Assembly (NCBI GenBank): GCA_963790025.1
Contig: CAWBMP010000004.1
Location: 992,001 to 1,056,000, forward strand
Length of the DNA: 64,000 bases
Source: Nitrospirota bacterium
GTDB taxonomy: Bacteria > Nitrospirota > Thermodesulfovibrionia > Thermodesulfovibrionales > Dissulfurispiraceae
Direction: 5' to 3'
Of the stretch, positions 10,145 through 19,359 are shown one piece after another; within the stretch, counting starts at the first letter, position 1, and each line of letters opens with the position of its first letter. Both the position numbers and the translations under genes were made by a program. The notes under the pieces were generated by a model, which was not told the DNA's origin, did no database searches, and was given only the letters and a program-made list of their open reading frames with translations.

Positions 10145-11119
10145 TTAGTGAGGCAGGGCTACTGTAAAGAAAACAAAGGCGTGGTCCGATGCGAAGACCT
10201 TTTCCTCAACTTCAGAAAAGCGTTCGAAGTCAAAGGGGACTGTGTTCCCATCCTCGAAAACAGCCGTTCCGCTACCCTTGGGCAATCCTCTTCTCTCGAT
10301 ATAAGGGATTCCTCTGCTGCTCTTCGAAAGAGCCGGGCTAAGTAGTATGTAGTCGAAATGCGTGACGATGTGGTGTGCGGTCCAGTAATGTGTCCACCGT
10401 TCATACTCCGGCAGCCGTGCAATAACGTCTTCCATCCCAAGTTCAAAAAGTGGCTGGAGCGCCGATGAATCCGGAGTGTCGTTAAGGTCACCAGCCACAA
10501 CAAAGGCAGCCGATTCAAATAACTCATCAGGAAACCGGCCCTTAATGATCTCTGCAACTCGTTCAGCCTGCATTCTTCTTTTGACACAAGCAGCCTCTTT
10601 CTCGTCATCTGTTCTTCCTGAACGGGATTTGAAGTGGTTAGCAAAAATCGTGAGCGGGGCGCCGTTGACATCCAGGGTTATCTCCAAACAATCCCTGCTG
10701 AAGAGGTATTCTCCATGCTCGGTTCTCTCATCTTTGTGGCTCCTCACGCTTACAACAGGAAACATACTCATAACGCCGACATTCACCAGCCGCTCATAGT
10801 GTCCGGCAACAAGCATGGTATATTGATACGCATCATCCAGGAAACTTTTATTGAAAACATCAAGCGCCGCCATGCTTTCAACTTCCTGAAGTATTACCAC
10901 GTCCGGCAAACTGCCGTTGCCGCATTTCAGAGCTAACGCCGCAAGCTCTCGAGATTCCGGATGACTCAGAATTTGACTGTCGTCCGTGGCGGCAGGAAGA
11001 TACCTGTAATCTTTGGGCACCTCCTCATAATGAAATTGACCGGGTGCCTTAAACCCTGTTTTGTACAGCACAAACATGTTATGCATATTGGCAGTGCAGA
11101 CCGTTACGGTTTTCATCAT
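10145..11119 (-). CDS. Endonuclease/exonuclease/phosphatase (EEP) family protein
   Basis: TANMHNMF, DVVILQEVE, NHFKS, VAGDLND, FDYILLS, SDHAFV. Confidence 0.9.
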   Translation of the reverse strand: MMKTVTVCTANMHNMFVLYKTGFKAPGQFHYEEVPKDYRYLPAATDDSQILSHPESRELAALALKCGNGSLPDVVILQEVESMAALDVFNKSFLDDAYQYTMLVAGHYERLVNVGVMSMFPVVSVRSHKDERTEHGEYLFSRDCLEITLDVNGAPLTIFANHFKSRSGRTDDEKEAACVKRRMQAERVAEIIKGRFPDELFESAAFVVAGDLNDTPDSSALQPLFELGMEDVIARLPEYERWTHYWTAHHIVTHFDYILLSPALSKSSRGIPYIERRGLPKGSGTAVFEDGNTVPFDFERFSEVEEKVFASDHAFVFFTVALPH

Positions 11120-11131
11120 TTCCTCCTTTCA

Positions 11132-12151
11132 TTAATTGCTGCGCTCAGACTCTGCTGATGCTCTTTCAAAAGCGGCGTCAGTCATTGAGCCTATGTAGTC
11201 CGCAACCATCCTTTTGATTGATGTGGTTGAAATGTAGCCCCTGTCCATTGCTTTGACCCATCGGCCAATGTCCGAGTCCATTCCCCTGCGAAGCTGTTCG
11301 CAACATGAATAAAAAAGGAATCGGAAACTGCTTTCCCGTTTCTTCCTCAACTGTTCAGATGCCGCATAGGAATATATGGCCCGGTAATTAAACGCGAGCA
11401 ATCCCTCAATCGCCTTAAACACCCTTTTCGAAAAAGCGACCATGGAGCTGCTGCTCTGTCTGACCAAGTCATCAATCAGGATGTCCCTGATAGAAGCTTC
11501 CGTATCGCCAAGCACACAAGCGATTTGATCAGGTATATCGCCCCGGGTTATGAGGCCCACTGCAATGGCGTCCTCGATGTCACGGCCTAAATAGGCAATG
11601 ACATCAGAGGCGCGCACTATGCAGCCCTCGAGAGTCATCGGCATAATCAGAGTGCTGTAGTGCGCCACTTTAAAACAGCTATTGAGTTCTGTTTCGAAAC
11701 ATGTCCAGGTCTTGCGGTAATTGGGGACATACTGTCTGCGTAACATCTCGCCGTTGTGGCAGAGGATTCCATCCAGCACCGGCAGCGACAACTCCAGTCC
11801 GTTTTCAAGCACCGTGAGTATCCTTGCGCTCTGGGCGTTATGGGCAAAGAATCCGCAGCCCGACTCCATGCACAGGGCATTCAGATATGCCTCTCCTTCG
11901 TGACCATATGGCGTATGCCCCAGGTCGTGACCAAGTGCGATTGCCTCGGTGAGATATTCGTCACACCTTAATAAACGGGCTATCCAGCGGGCCACGTGAC
12001 TGACGAGTTGCACATGTAGCCACCTCCGGGTGATTCCATCTCCTGCTCCCGCCTGAAACGCCTGGGTCTTGTCATACCGGGCATACGCTTTTGACCCAAT
12101 AATCACCCCGCTTTCCTTAAAATAGTCGGCTCCGGCCTGCATTGTTTTCAT
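11132..12151 (-). CDS. HD-domain dGTP triphosphohydrolase-like protein
   Basis: KTQAF, AIALGHDLGHTPYGHEGE, HNAQS.R, DVIAY..RDIEDA, VADYIGSMTD. Confidence 0.85.
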   Translation of the reverse strand: MKTMQAGADYFKESGVIIGSKAYARYDKTQAFQAGAGDGITRRWLHVQLVSHVARWIARLLRCDEYLTEAIALGHDLGHTPYGHEGEAYLNALCMESGCGFFAHNAQSARILTVLENGLELSLPVLDGILCHNGEMLRRQYVPNYRKTWTCFETELNSCFKVAHYSTLIMPMTLEGCIVRASDVIAYLGRDIEDAIAVGLITRGDIPDQIACVLGDTEASIRDILIDDLVRQSSSSMVAFSKRVFKAIEGLLAFNYRAIYSYAASEQLRKKRESSFRFLFYSCCEQLRRGMDSDIGRWVKAMDRGYISTTSIKRMVADYIGSMTDAAFERASAESERSN

Positions 12152-12241
12152 ACTCTTCGTTCCTCCTTTTCAAACAAAAAAAAGGCTGATGCCCTAACGT
12201 TCGGGCAGTCAGCCTTTCTTTAAATGGCTATTACTCTTTGC

Positions 12242-12409
12242 CTATACTTTGCTAAGGATCCACCCTAGCCTCTTCCGGTCCGATTCAGGCAACGTTGAAA
12301 GTGCCCGTATTACGAGCCAAGGCTTCTCTTTTATCAGTGCTTCTATCCTTTTATAGCTGCTCGTGCCGGTAGTTCCCTTGTCTCTTGCTATGTGTCTGCC
12401 GCCGTTCAT
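12242..12409 (-). CDS. Small hypothetical protein (55 aa)
   Basis: AAGGAGG RBS before ATG 12409, identical in context to the dGTPase RBS. Confidence 0.6.
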   Translation of the reverse strand: MNGGRHIARDKGTTGTSSYKRIEALIKEKPWLVIRALSTLPESDRKRLGWILSKV

Positions 12410-12504
12410 TGTGCACCTCCTTTTCAAACAAAAAAGGCGGCCGGCTTTTCACTCCGAAGGAGCTACTTGCCGGCCGCCATGATTGCTGCAATTAAGAAGT
12501 TATG

Positions 12505-12816
12505 TTACTGCGGTGATATCCCGCTGCGTACCATATGTAACCGAGTTTTGCCGTCACATATGTCCATGGCAGCGATAAGCATGGAAAGTACTCTTTCTGT
12601 TGCAAGCTGAAGTTCCTTTTCAGACCACTCGGGGTGGGCAGCTTTGTTGGCCCTATAAACTTCCATGAAGTTGTAAGACTTTTTGATCGTGTTGCAATTA
12701 ACGCGGATGGAAGAGTTAATCGCCCCTCCTGTCGCCACGTTATCCCCGGCAACTGCAAGACCTGCCGGTATTAAGGCTAAAGCTAAAGCAATTGCGAGAC
12801 TGTAATGTGTTTTCAT
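12505..12816 (-). CDS. Secreted hypothetical protein (103 aa)
   Basis: AAGGAGG RBS; signal peptide MKTHYSLAIALALALIPAGLAVA. Confidence 0.7.
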   Translation of the reverse strand: MKTHYSLAIALALALIPAGLAVAGDNVATGGAINSSIRVNCNTIKKSYNFMEVYRANKAAHPEWSEKELQLATERVLSMLIAAMDICDGKTRLHMVRSGISPQ

Positions 12817-13592
12817 AACTTCCTCCTTAGGGCTTGCGAATAAATAACTTGCCCTTAAAAACAAAAAAAGGCACAGCCCCTTCCAATGGTTGGGAGACTG
12901 TGCTCTTTCTGTGTTGCCTAATTTTTAACTTATTGTTTTTCGCAAAAAATATTTAAGCGGCAGGATAAAAATTCTCCAATACTGTTTTTTTGAGATGATG
13001 TTGATATGTCGCTTGAGGAGTAGATTGATCCAAGGTTGATATAAAACCTTTTGGAAATCAATCAAAAAAAACTTTATGAAAATTGTCGTTAGATTCGTCA
13101 GTGAAGGTTATTTCTAAAAATACTATAATAATAAAGGGCTGCCTTGTAAATAAAAAAGGGACATTAACAGTGAAACCAATTGAAATGTCTATGAATTACG
13201 TTTGATAAAAACTACGCTCCCCCCATTTGCCCCAAGATGGCGGAAGAAACTCGTAAAAACAAAGAGATACTCTTTAAAAGAACCTTCAAAAACAAAAGAA
13301 CTCTTAAAAGAATAAAACGAAAATATTTATTCATACATAATCGGTATATAATTTCACTCATTCCCAATTACTTTTCAATGTGTTCACAGTTTCCCAGTAA
13401 CTCTCTAGTCATGACTATAGTCACCTGTTGACTTACTAATCAGTCATTACTCCAGTCACCCTTCTTCTGCCTTTTGGTAGTGTTGAAAGGTTAGAGGTTA
13501 GACAACCTCAAACCTTTCAACTTGCTATCAATAAGAAAGCTACATGCTAACAAAAAAGCGTCTTCCTTACTGCTGAAAGCATATTGCTATCG

Positions 13593-13602
13593 AAAGTAAT
13601 AT
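13593..13602 (+). promoter_or_regulatory. Shared island motif AAAGTAATAT upstream of parM
   Basis: Exact match; an 8/10 inverted copy at 13581-13590 makes an imperfect palindrome. Confidence 0.55.
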
Positions 13603-13630
13603 CTATTTACGTACAGCATACAGCGTTCAG

Positions 13631-13726
13631 TGTTCAGCGTACTCCGTTGCAAACAAGACAGTTAATTATTGCAGTTTCAGTCGGTTAGAGCTTTTTAACT
13701 GTACGCCGAACACAGTACGGTGAACA
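13631..13726. repeat. Candidate parC/ParR operator repeats
   Basis: TGTTCAGCGTAC (13631-13642) and inverted variants GTACGCCGAACA (13701-13712) and GTACGGTGAACA (13715-13726) upstream of parM. Confidence 0.55.
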
Positions 13727-13753
13727 TGTTACGCAAAAGGGGGGTAGAGTATT

Positions 13754-14737
13754 ATGAAGATAGGAATTGATGTAGGATACGGGTATACCAAGGTCGTCAC
13801 AACGCATTCCTCAATTATCTTTCCATCCCGTGTGGGTCCTGCCAGGGAGTTGTCGTACTCGCTCAAAGAAGGCACTGACGTTATGGGAGAAACTGTCGAA
13901 TATGAGGGCGAACGATATTTTGTAGGGGAGAAGGCAAGACATAGCGATGTTACCTACACCCTCATGACAAGAGGCTGGATCGAGAGCAAGATGTATGGGG
14001 CATTGCTTACTTCGGCCCTTACCAGGGCAATGAACGGCAGATATGCTTTAGCTGACCCTGAAGAAATAATTATTGTCACCGGCCTTCCCGTAGATTATAT
14101 GAGAGATAAAACCAAAGCCGAAGAGAGCCTCGGAAAGGCGTGCGATGGGATTGGCCTCCGTATCACAGGCATCAATATAATACCGCAGCCTTTCGGCTCT
14201 TTTTTTGACATGTTTTACGATAATAACGGTGATATTGCCGGCAGCGCACCTTTCTTAAAAAGGATTGGGATAGTCGATATCGGTTATCACACCACGGATT
14301 ATATTCTTATCGAGGAGGCTCAACGCAATATCGAGAAGGCCTCTGGCAGCGTTCCTACTGGGGCCCATGAGATATACGATATTGTAGCCAGAGAATTAAA
14401 GAACATGTTCGACAGAGATACAGTTACTGCGGAAGAGGCCGAGCACTGCGTTAAAACCAAACATTATAAAGTCTCGGGTCAAAACAAAGATATGGGTACC
14501 CTGGTTGGCCGAGTGCTGTCACAAGTGGGGCAAAAGATAACTGGTATTGTTAAATCTAAATGGAACCTTGAAGGAGAAATTGACATTGTCCTGCTAACCG
14601 GAGGCGGAGCTGCGCTTATTCAGCCGCACATCTCATCTATAGCGCATACTCACTTCCTGATAAATGAACCCCAGATGGCCAATGCGCGAGGATATTATAA
14701 GAGGAGCGTCATCCTGGAACGAAAAATTAAAGGTTAG
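13754..14737 (+). CDS. ParM/StbA-family actin-like segregation ATPase
   Basis: IGIDVGYGYTK, VTGLPV, IPQPFG, IVDIGYHTTD, LLTGGGA. Confidence 0.9.
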   Translation: MKIGIDVGYGYTKVVTTHSSIIFPSRVGPARELSYSLKEGTDVMGETVEYEGERYFVGEKARHSDVTYTLMTRGWIESKMYGALLTSALTRAMNGRYALADPEEIIIVTGLPVDYMRDKTKAEESLGKACDGIGLRITGINIIPQPFGSFFDMFYDNNGDIAGSAPFLKRIGIVDIGYHTTDYILIEEAQRNIEKASGSVPTGAHEIYDIVARELKNMFDRDTVTAEEAEHCVKTKHYKVSGQNKDMGTLVGRVLSQVGQKITGIVKSKWNLEGEIDIVLLTGGGAALIQPHISSIAHTHFLINEPQMANARGYYKRSVILERKIKG

Positions 14738-14752
14738 CGGAGACATGGGCGG

Positions 14753-15049
14753 ATGGAAAAAACAGCAATATGCTTCATACGATTGTACCCTGATAATCCG
14801 GAGGATGCCCTTATTATTGCCGGCCTCGGCACAAGAAAAAGAAAAGGGGAGAAATCCAGGGTCATAAAAGACATACTTTATGCTCATTTCAGAAATAAGA
14901 AGAGCAGTCTCCCGGAACCGCCAACCGAATCACGCAAGGGGATTAAAGGACCATCGTCTCAGCTCCATCCGAAAAGCACTGCGCTGTCGGATGATGAAAA
15001 AGTGACATTAAAAAAGAACCTCGACGAACTTTCAGATATGCTTATGTAG
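14753..15049 (+). CDS. Putative ParR-like DNA-binding adaptor
   Basis: Small basic protein directly after parM; RHH-like N-terminus and C-terminal helix. Confidence 0.6.
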   Translation: MEKTAICFIRLYPDNPEDALIIAGLGTRKRKGEKSRVIKDILYAHFRNKKSSLPEPPTESRKGIKGPSSQLHPKSTALSDDEKVTLKKNLDELSDMLM

Positions 15050-15075
15050 TTCACCCGCGAAGAATTTGGTTCCCT

Positions 15076-15867
15076 CTAAAAAGCACTCTTCACCACTCCG
15101 CCATCAACCCTCAATGGAGCACCCGTAGTTGCAGACGAAAGCGGGCTGGCGATATAGGTTACCAATGCAGCAACCTCCTCGCACGAGGCAAACCGCTTGA
15201 TTAGAGATGTGGGCCGGACCTTCTCGAAAAATTCTCTTTCGACTTCCTCGATAGTTTTACCTTGGGCCTTTGAATATGTCTCGACAAAATCACCTACCCC
15301 CCGGGATTTTGTTGGTCCTGGAAGCACGGTATTTACCGTGATGCCTGTACCGGCCACTGCCTCAGCCACGCCGCGGGCCACCCCCAGCATTGCTGTCTTG
15401 GTTACGCCATAATGAATCATGTCACCAGGAATTTGCACACCGCTCTCGCTGGAAATAAAGATGATGCGCCCCCAGTTGCGGCGCTTCATTCCGGGGAGAA
15501 AAAGCCGGGTCAGGCGAATTCCGCTTAAAACATTTACCTCAAATATACGCCGCCAGTCATCATCCGAGGTGTCTTCAAAAGACCGCAGCTCATAGATGCC
15601 CAGGTTGTTGACCAGTATTTCTACATCGGGATATCCCCTAGCAAGTTCATTAGCCGCTTCAGCCGTACTCAGATCACCGGCAAATCCATAAAGTGTGCCT
15701 TTGCCGGTTTCCCGTAACTTTGCTACCGCCGTATCTACCGAAGCCTTTCCGCGGCCATTGACGATCACGCGGGCACCTTCCCGCGCAAGTGATTCTGCTA
15801 TCGCATAACCAATCCCGGCCGTGCTGCCGGAAACAAGAGCAAGTTTATTTTTGATCTTTAAATCCAT
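15076..15867 (-). CDS. SDR family oxidoreductase
   Basis: SGSTAGIG, LVNNLG, YGVTK, RVDGG. Confidence 0.93.
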   Translation of the reverse strand: MDLKIKNKLALVSGSTAGIGYAIAESLAREGARVIVNGRGKASVDTAVAKLRETGKGTLYGFAGDLSTAEAANELARGYPDVEILVNNLGIYELRSFEDTSDDDWRRIFEVNVLSGIRLTRLFLPGMKRRNWGRIIFISSESGVQIPGDMIHYGVTKTAMLGVARGVAEAVAGTGITVNTVLPGPTKSRGVGDFVETYSKAQGKTIEEVEREFFEKVRPTSLIKRFASCEEVAALVTYIASPLSSATTGAPLRVDGGVVKSAF

Positions 15868-16082
15868 GATCTACCCCCTCTCCGCCTTTTTTTATGATTA
15901 TATCGCTCTCTTGTTTGTCAATCAACCTGGACCCTGACCTTGTAGTTGGTTGTACGAAAGCCCTGCAGCATTTTCTTAAAGCCGCTGCAATTTTATGATA
16001 CAATCATCTAAGGTACAGCAGCGTGTAATTTAAAACTTTGGGACCTGAACGCTGTGATCCTCTTAATCAAATGGGAGAAGGC

Positions 16083-17132
16083 ATGGATGAAGAACGTCTG
16101 CAACATCTGATGAAACTTATCAAGGGCGATGGAGAAGTAAAAAGCGTAGAGGGTCGCTGCGAAGTAAAGGAAAATGATAAATCCGACGTGGAGCTTCTCG
16201 ACGTATACTCGCGTGCAGTTATAACGGTAGTCGACGCTGTAGGGCCGGCAGTTCTGAGTGTTTCTGTCGGCGCGCAATCCCGGGCGAACAAAACAGAACA
16301 GATCGGATCGGGCTCTGGTGTTATGATCGCTCCGGACGGCTATATCCTAACGAACGATCACGTTGTGCATAACGCTACACAGCTATCTGTAACACTTACG
16401 GATGGAACAACACTCCCGGCGACAGTTGTCGGTGTCGACCCGGCTACAGATCTGGCTGTGATCCGTGCTGACGGTTCCGGGCTGCCGTATGCAACACTCG
16501 GCGATTCAGGCTCATTGCGTGTGGGGCAATTAATCATTGCAATAGGTAACCCCTTTGGGTTCCAGTCCACGGTATCTACCGGCGTTGTGAGTGCTCTTGG
16601 CCGGGCCTTGCGAAGCCGTCAAGAACGGCTCATTGAGAATATTATTCAACATACGGCGCCTCTGAATCCCGGAAACTCTGGCGGTCCGCTGGTCGATTCC
16701 AGAGGGAGGATCGTCGGCATTAACACAGCGATCATCATGATGGCCCAGGGGATAGGTTTTTCCATTCCGTCAAATACAGCCGAATGGGTAGTGTCTCAAT
16801 TGCTTACTCATGGCCGGGTGCGCCGGGGGTATCTGGGCATTACTGCACAGCAGCGGCCTCTCACCAGACGATTGGTCAGATTTCATAATCTGAATAGCGA
16901 TTTTGCCGTCGAGGTTGTGTCGGTCATACCTGACAGTCCAGCCGCTAAGAGCGGCATACTGGAGGGTGATATAATAGTGGCTATTAACGATCAGGGTGTG
17001 ACAAGCGTGGACCACATCCATCGCTTTCTCGGTGAATGGCCTGTGGGAAAGTCGGTGAAGCTCACTGTTATCCGTTGGCAGGAGCGGCTCGAAAAAGAGA
17101 TTATTCCCTCTGAGGAAAAAAGTCTGAATTAG
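16083..17132 (+). CDS. HtrA/DegS-like trypsin serine protease with PDZ domain
   Basis: GSGSG, LTNDHVV, DLAVI, NPGNSGGPL, C-terminal PDZ; no signal peptide. Confidence 0.92.
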   Translation: MDEERLQHLMKLIKGDGEVKSVEGRCEVKENDKSDVELLDVYSRAVITVVDAVGPAVLSVSVGAQSRANKTEQIGSGSGVMIAPDGYILTNDHVVHNATQLSVTLTDGTTLPATVVGVDPATDLAVIRADGSGLPYATLGDSGSLRVGQLIIAIGNPFGFQSTVSTGVVSALGRALRSRQERLIENIIQHTAPLNPGNSGGPLVDSRGRIVGINTAIIMMAQGIGFSIPSNTAEWVVSQLLTHGRVRRGYLGITAQQRPLTRRLVRFHNLNSDFAVEVVSVIPDSPAAKSGILEGDIIVAINDQGVTSVDHIHRFLGEWPVGKSVKLTVIRWQERLEKEIIPSEEKSLN

Positions 17133-17168
17133 CTTAACAAACCTGACATCAATAAGGAGGATTGCGTC

Positions 17169-17666
17169 ATGTCAACTTCTGAAGCGGCTCAATTATCAGA
17201 GGCTATTCTACTTAGAGTAAAAGAAGTGAAGGAAATTTATGCGGGGTTGGATGAGAACACTGCCTCCAGCGCTCCTTCCGGTCGATGGTCACCCAAACAA
17301 ATCCTTTCTCACCTCTGTGGCCCTGAAGGACGCGGTCATTTACCGCTCATTAAGGTTTTTCTGGAACATGACACCCCTCGAATAGACCTTGACATCGGGA
17401 ATGATTTCTTTTCGGGGAAGCGTTCGCGGATAACCGTTACAGAGCTTTTGTCGGAGTTTGAACAAGATTACAGCAGAATAGCAGAATTTGCCTCTGGTTT
17501 AACAGGAGAACAGCTGAACAGGAAAGCTCATATTCCTGCACTGAAAGAATCGCCATTGGGCGAGTACCCTACGTTGGCAACATGGATTAAAGGGCTGGGG
17601 GAGTACCACGTCGGCTCTCATATAGACCATTTGCGGGAGATTTTAAAGGCCCTCGGGGCGGCATAG
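17169..17666 (+). CDS. DinB family protein
   Basis: WSPKQILSHL and C-terminal H..SH motifs. Confidence 0.75.
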   Translation: MSTSEAAQLSEAILLRVKEVKEIYAGLDENTASSAPSGRWSPKQILSHLCGPEGRGHLPLIKVFLEHDTPRIDLDIGNDFFSGKRSRITVTELLSEFEQDYSRIAEFASGLTGEQLNRKAHIPALKESPLGEYPTLATWIKGLGEYHVGSHIDHLREILKALGAA

Positions 17667-17693
17667 GTTTCCATGAAATGCCATACGTAAGTT

Positions 17694-18635
17694 CTATTTA
17701 AAAATAAGTTCCGGTTTTTTCATGAACACGCGTGTATCGGGCGGTACCGAGTCTGTAATCCACACGTTCCCCCCGATTACCGAACGGGCGCCAATCACTG
17801 TATCGCCACCCAATATGGTCACGCCTGAATAGACGATTACGTCATCCTCAAGTGTTGGATGGCGTTTTTCATTGCGGAGCTGTCCCACTTCATCTTTCGA
17901 GAGAGAAAGTGCCCCAAGCGTGACTCCCTGATATATCCGTACGCGGTCTCCGATTTTCGTTGTTTCCCCGATAACCACACCGGTCCCGTGGTCGATGAAA
18001 AAACTCTCCCCGATTCGGGCGCCAGGATGAATGTCGATGCCTGTCACGCTGTGCGCATATTCAGACATTATACGGGGGACCAGCGGAACATTTTGCCTAT
18101 AGAGCTGGTGTGCCATCCGGTGCACGGTAACTGCAAAGAGACCGGGATAACTGAATATCACTTCATCGTAGCTCTTCGCTGCAGGATCACCGTCATAGGC
18201 AGCGCGAACGTCCTTGGCGAGCAAGGTCCTCATATGAGGAAGCTCCTGCATAAAATTTACAGTAATCTCCTCGCCTTGCTCTTCGCATACGACGCACTCA
18301 AGGTTACGGCGGCGGCATTCATGACGTATTGCAAAGGTGACCTGTTTCGACAACTTTTCAAAAAACGTCGTTACTTCCTGCCCATAATAGTAGACCAGAT
18401 TAACTTTATCTATTCGCGTGGGGGAGAAGTAACCTGGATACAATAATCCACACGCCATATGCGTAATCTCTATGATAGATTCCTTTGAAGGCAGTGGTTC
18501 CAGGTCTACATGGTCAAAACAATTTTGTGCATGGCAGACTGCTACAAGGTTCTCCACTATTACAGGAATTTGGTCGCGAAACTGCCTATGTTTTTCTATA
18601 CTGATACTACACTGCTCAGAATCAGTCCTGTCCAT
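17694..18635 (-). CDS. cysE: Serine O-acetyltransferase
   Basis: AAYDGDPAA, YPG, TGIDIHPGA, FIDHGTGVVIGET, KRHPT. Confidence 0.92.
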   Translation of the reverse strand: MDRTDSEQCSISIEKHRQFRDQIPVIVENLVAVCHAQNCFDHVDLEPLPSKESIIEITHMACGLLYPGYFSPTRIDKVNLVYYYGQEVTTFFEKLSKQVTFAIRHECRRRNLECVVCEEQGEEITVNFMQELPHMRTLLAKDVRAAYDGDPAAKSYDEVIFSYPGLFAVTVHRMAHQLYRQNVPLVPRIMSEYAHSVTGIDIHPGARIGESFFIDHGTGVVIGETTKIGDRVRIYQGVTLGALSLSKDEVGQLRNEKRHPTLEDDVIVYSGVTILGGDTVIGARSVIGGNVWITDSVPPDTRVFMKKPELIFK

Positions 18636-18725
18636 TGCCGGCCCTTATGCCTCCACAAAATCATAAATTCATGAGAGGCGTACCAGGTACGCCCCTCGAA
18701 ACAATATCTCCCTTTCACTCTACCC

Positions 18726-19319
18726 CTAAACACCTGCTGCCGCAGTCAGCGCCGAGTATGGCACAGCACGGCGGGCCCATTCGCTCCCCGGGTATTTCTC
18801 CGTCAGGGTATCGTAAGCCCTGCGCAATGGTGAAGCCTCATGAAACTTCTTGTACTCGGCCACACCCAGATAAAAAATAGCCTCTGGAGTTGCCCCTGCA
18901 TTTGGATGCTGCTCTATGACTGAAGTGAATGCCTTGATCGCGTCGTTAAAGTGGTCGGTGTCGAAAAAGACCTTTGCCCTGCCAAGTTCAAGATGGGCAA
19001 GCAGGTCATCAATGGGGACATATCCCACTATCCGGTGGTGCTCTTTCCCCGACTTACCGTGGATTATAAGGGTCGGGGTCCATTTGATGTTAAATTGTTC
19101 CATAAGCTCAACCGGCTTATCAAAGAAGCACTGGGTTTTCAGAGGAATGAAATTATCCTGGATAAACTTCTGGACCTGCTCACTTGAATACGGACCCGTA
19201 TTCATTGCAGCGCAACCAATTCAACCGTCAAACCAGAAATCATGATAGATCGGCTTGCCTTCCCTTTTAGCCTTTTTTATTGCCTCGTTGAAGTTCCCTT
19301 CCCATATTATCTCGGCCAT
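18726..19319 (-). CDS. Selenocysteine-containing thioredoxin-fold protein (UxxC) with C-terminal TPR, 197 aa
   Basis: GGAGG RBS, ATG 19319; MAEIIWEGNFNEAIKKAKREGKPIYHDFWFDG-U(TGA 19223-19221)-IGC reads in frame into the 18726..19205 ORF; WTPT cis-Pro motif. Confidence 0.85.
19185..19204 (-). promoter_or_regulatory. Candidate SECIS hairpin
   Basis: TGAATACG-GGTC-CGTATTCA stem-loop 16 nt 3' of the in-frame UGA. Confidence 0.7.
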
Positions 19320-19359
19320 AACGCACCTCCGTTTGGATTAATGGTTAGCTCCATATCAA

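Noticed and set aside
13051..13431. ORF 13237..13431 and a possible decayed wHTH/replication-initiator fragment
   Set aside because: Low-complexity AT-rich sequence; the wHTH-like reading needs a frameshift and stops; cannot be supported without a search
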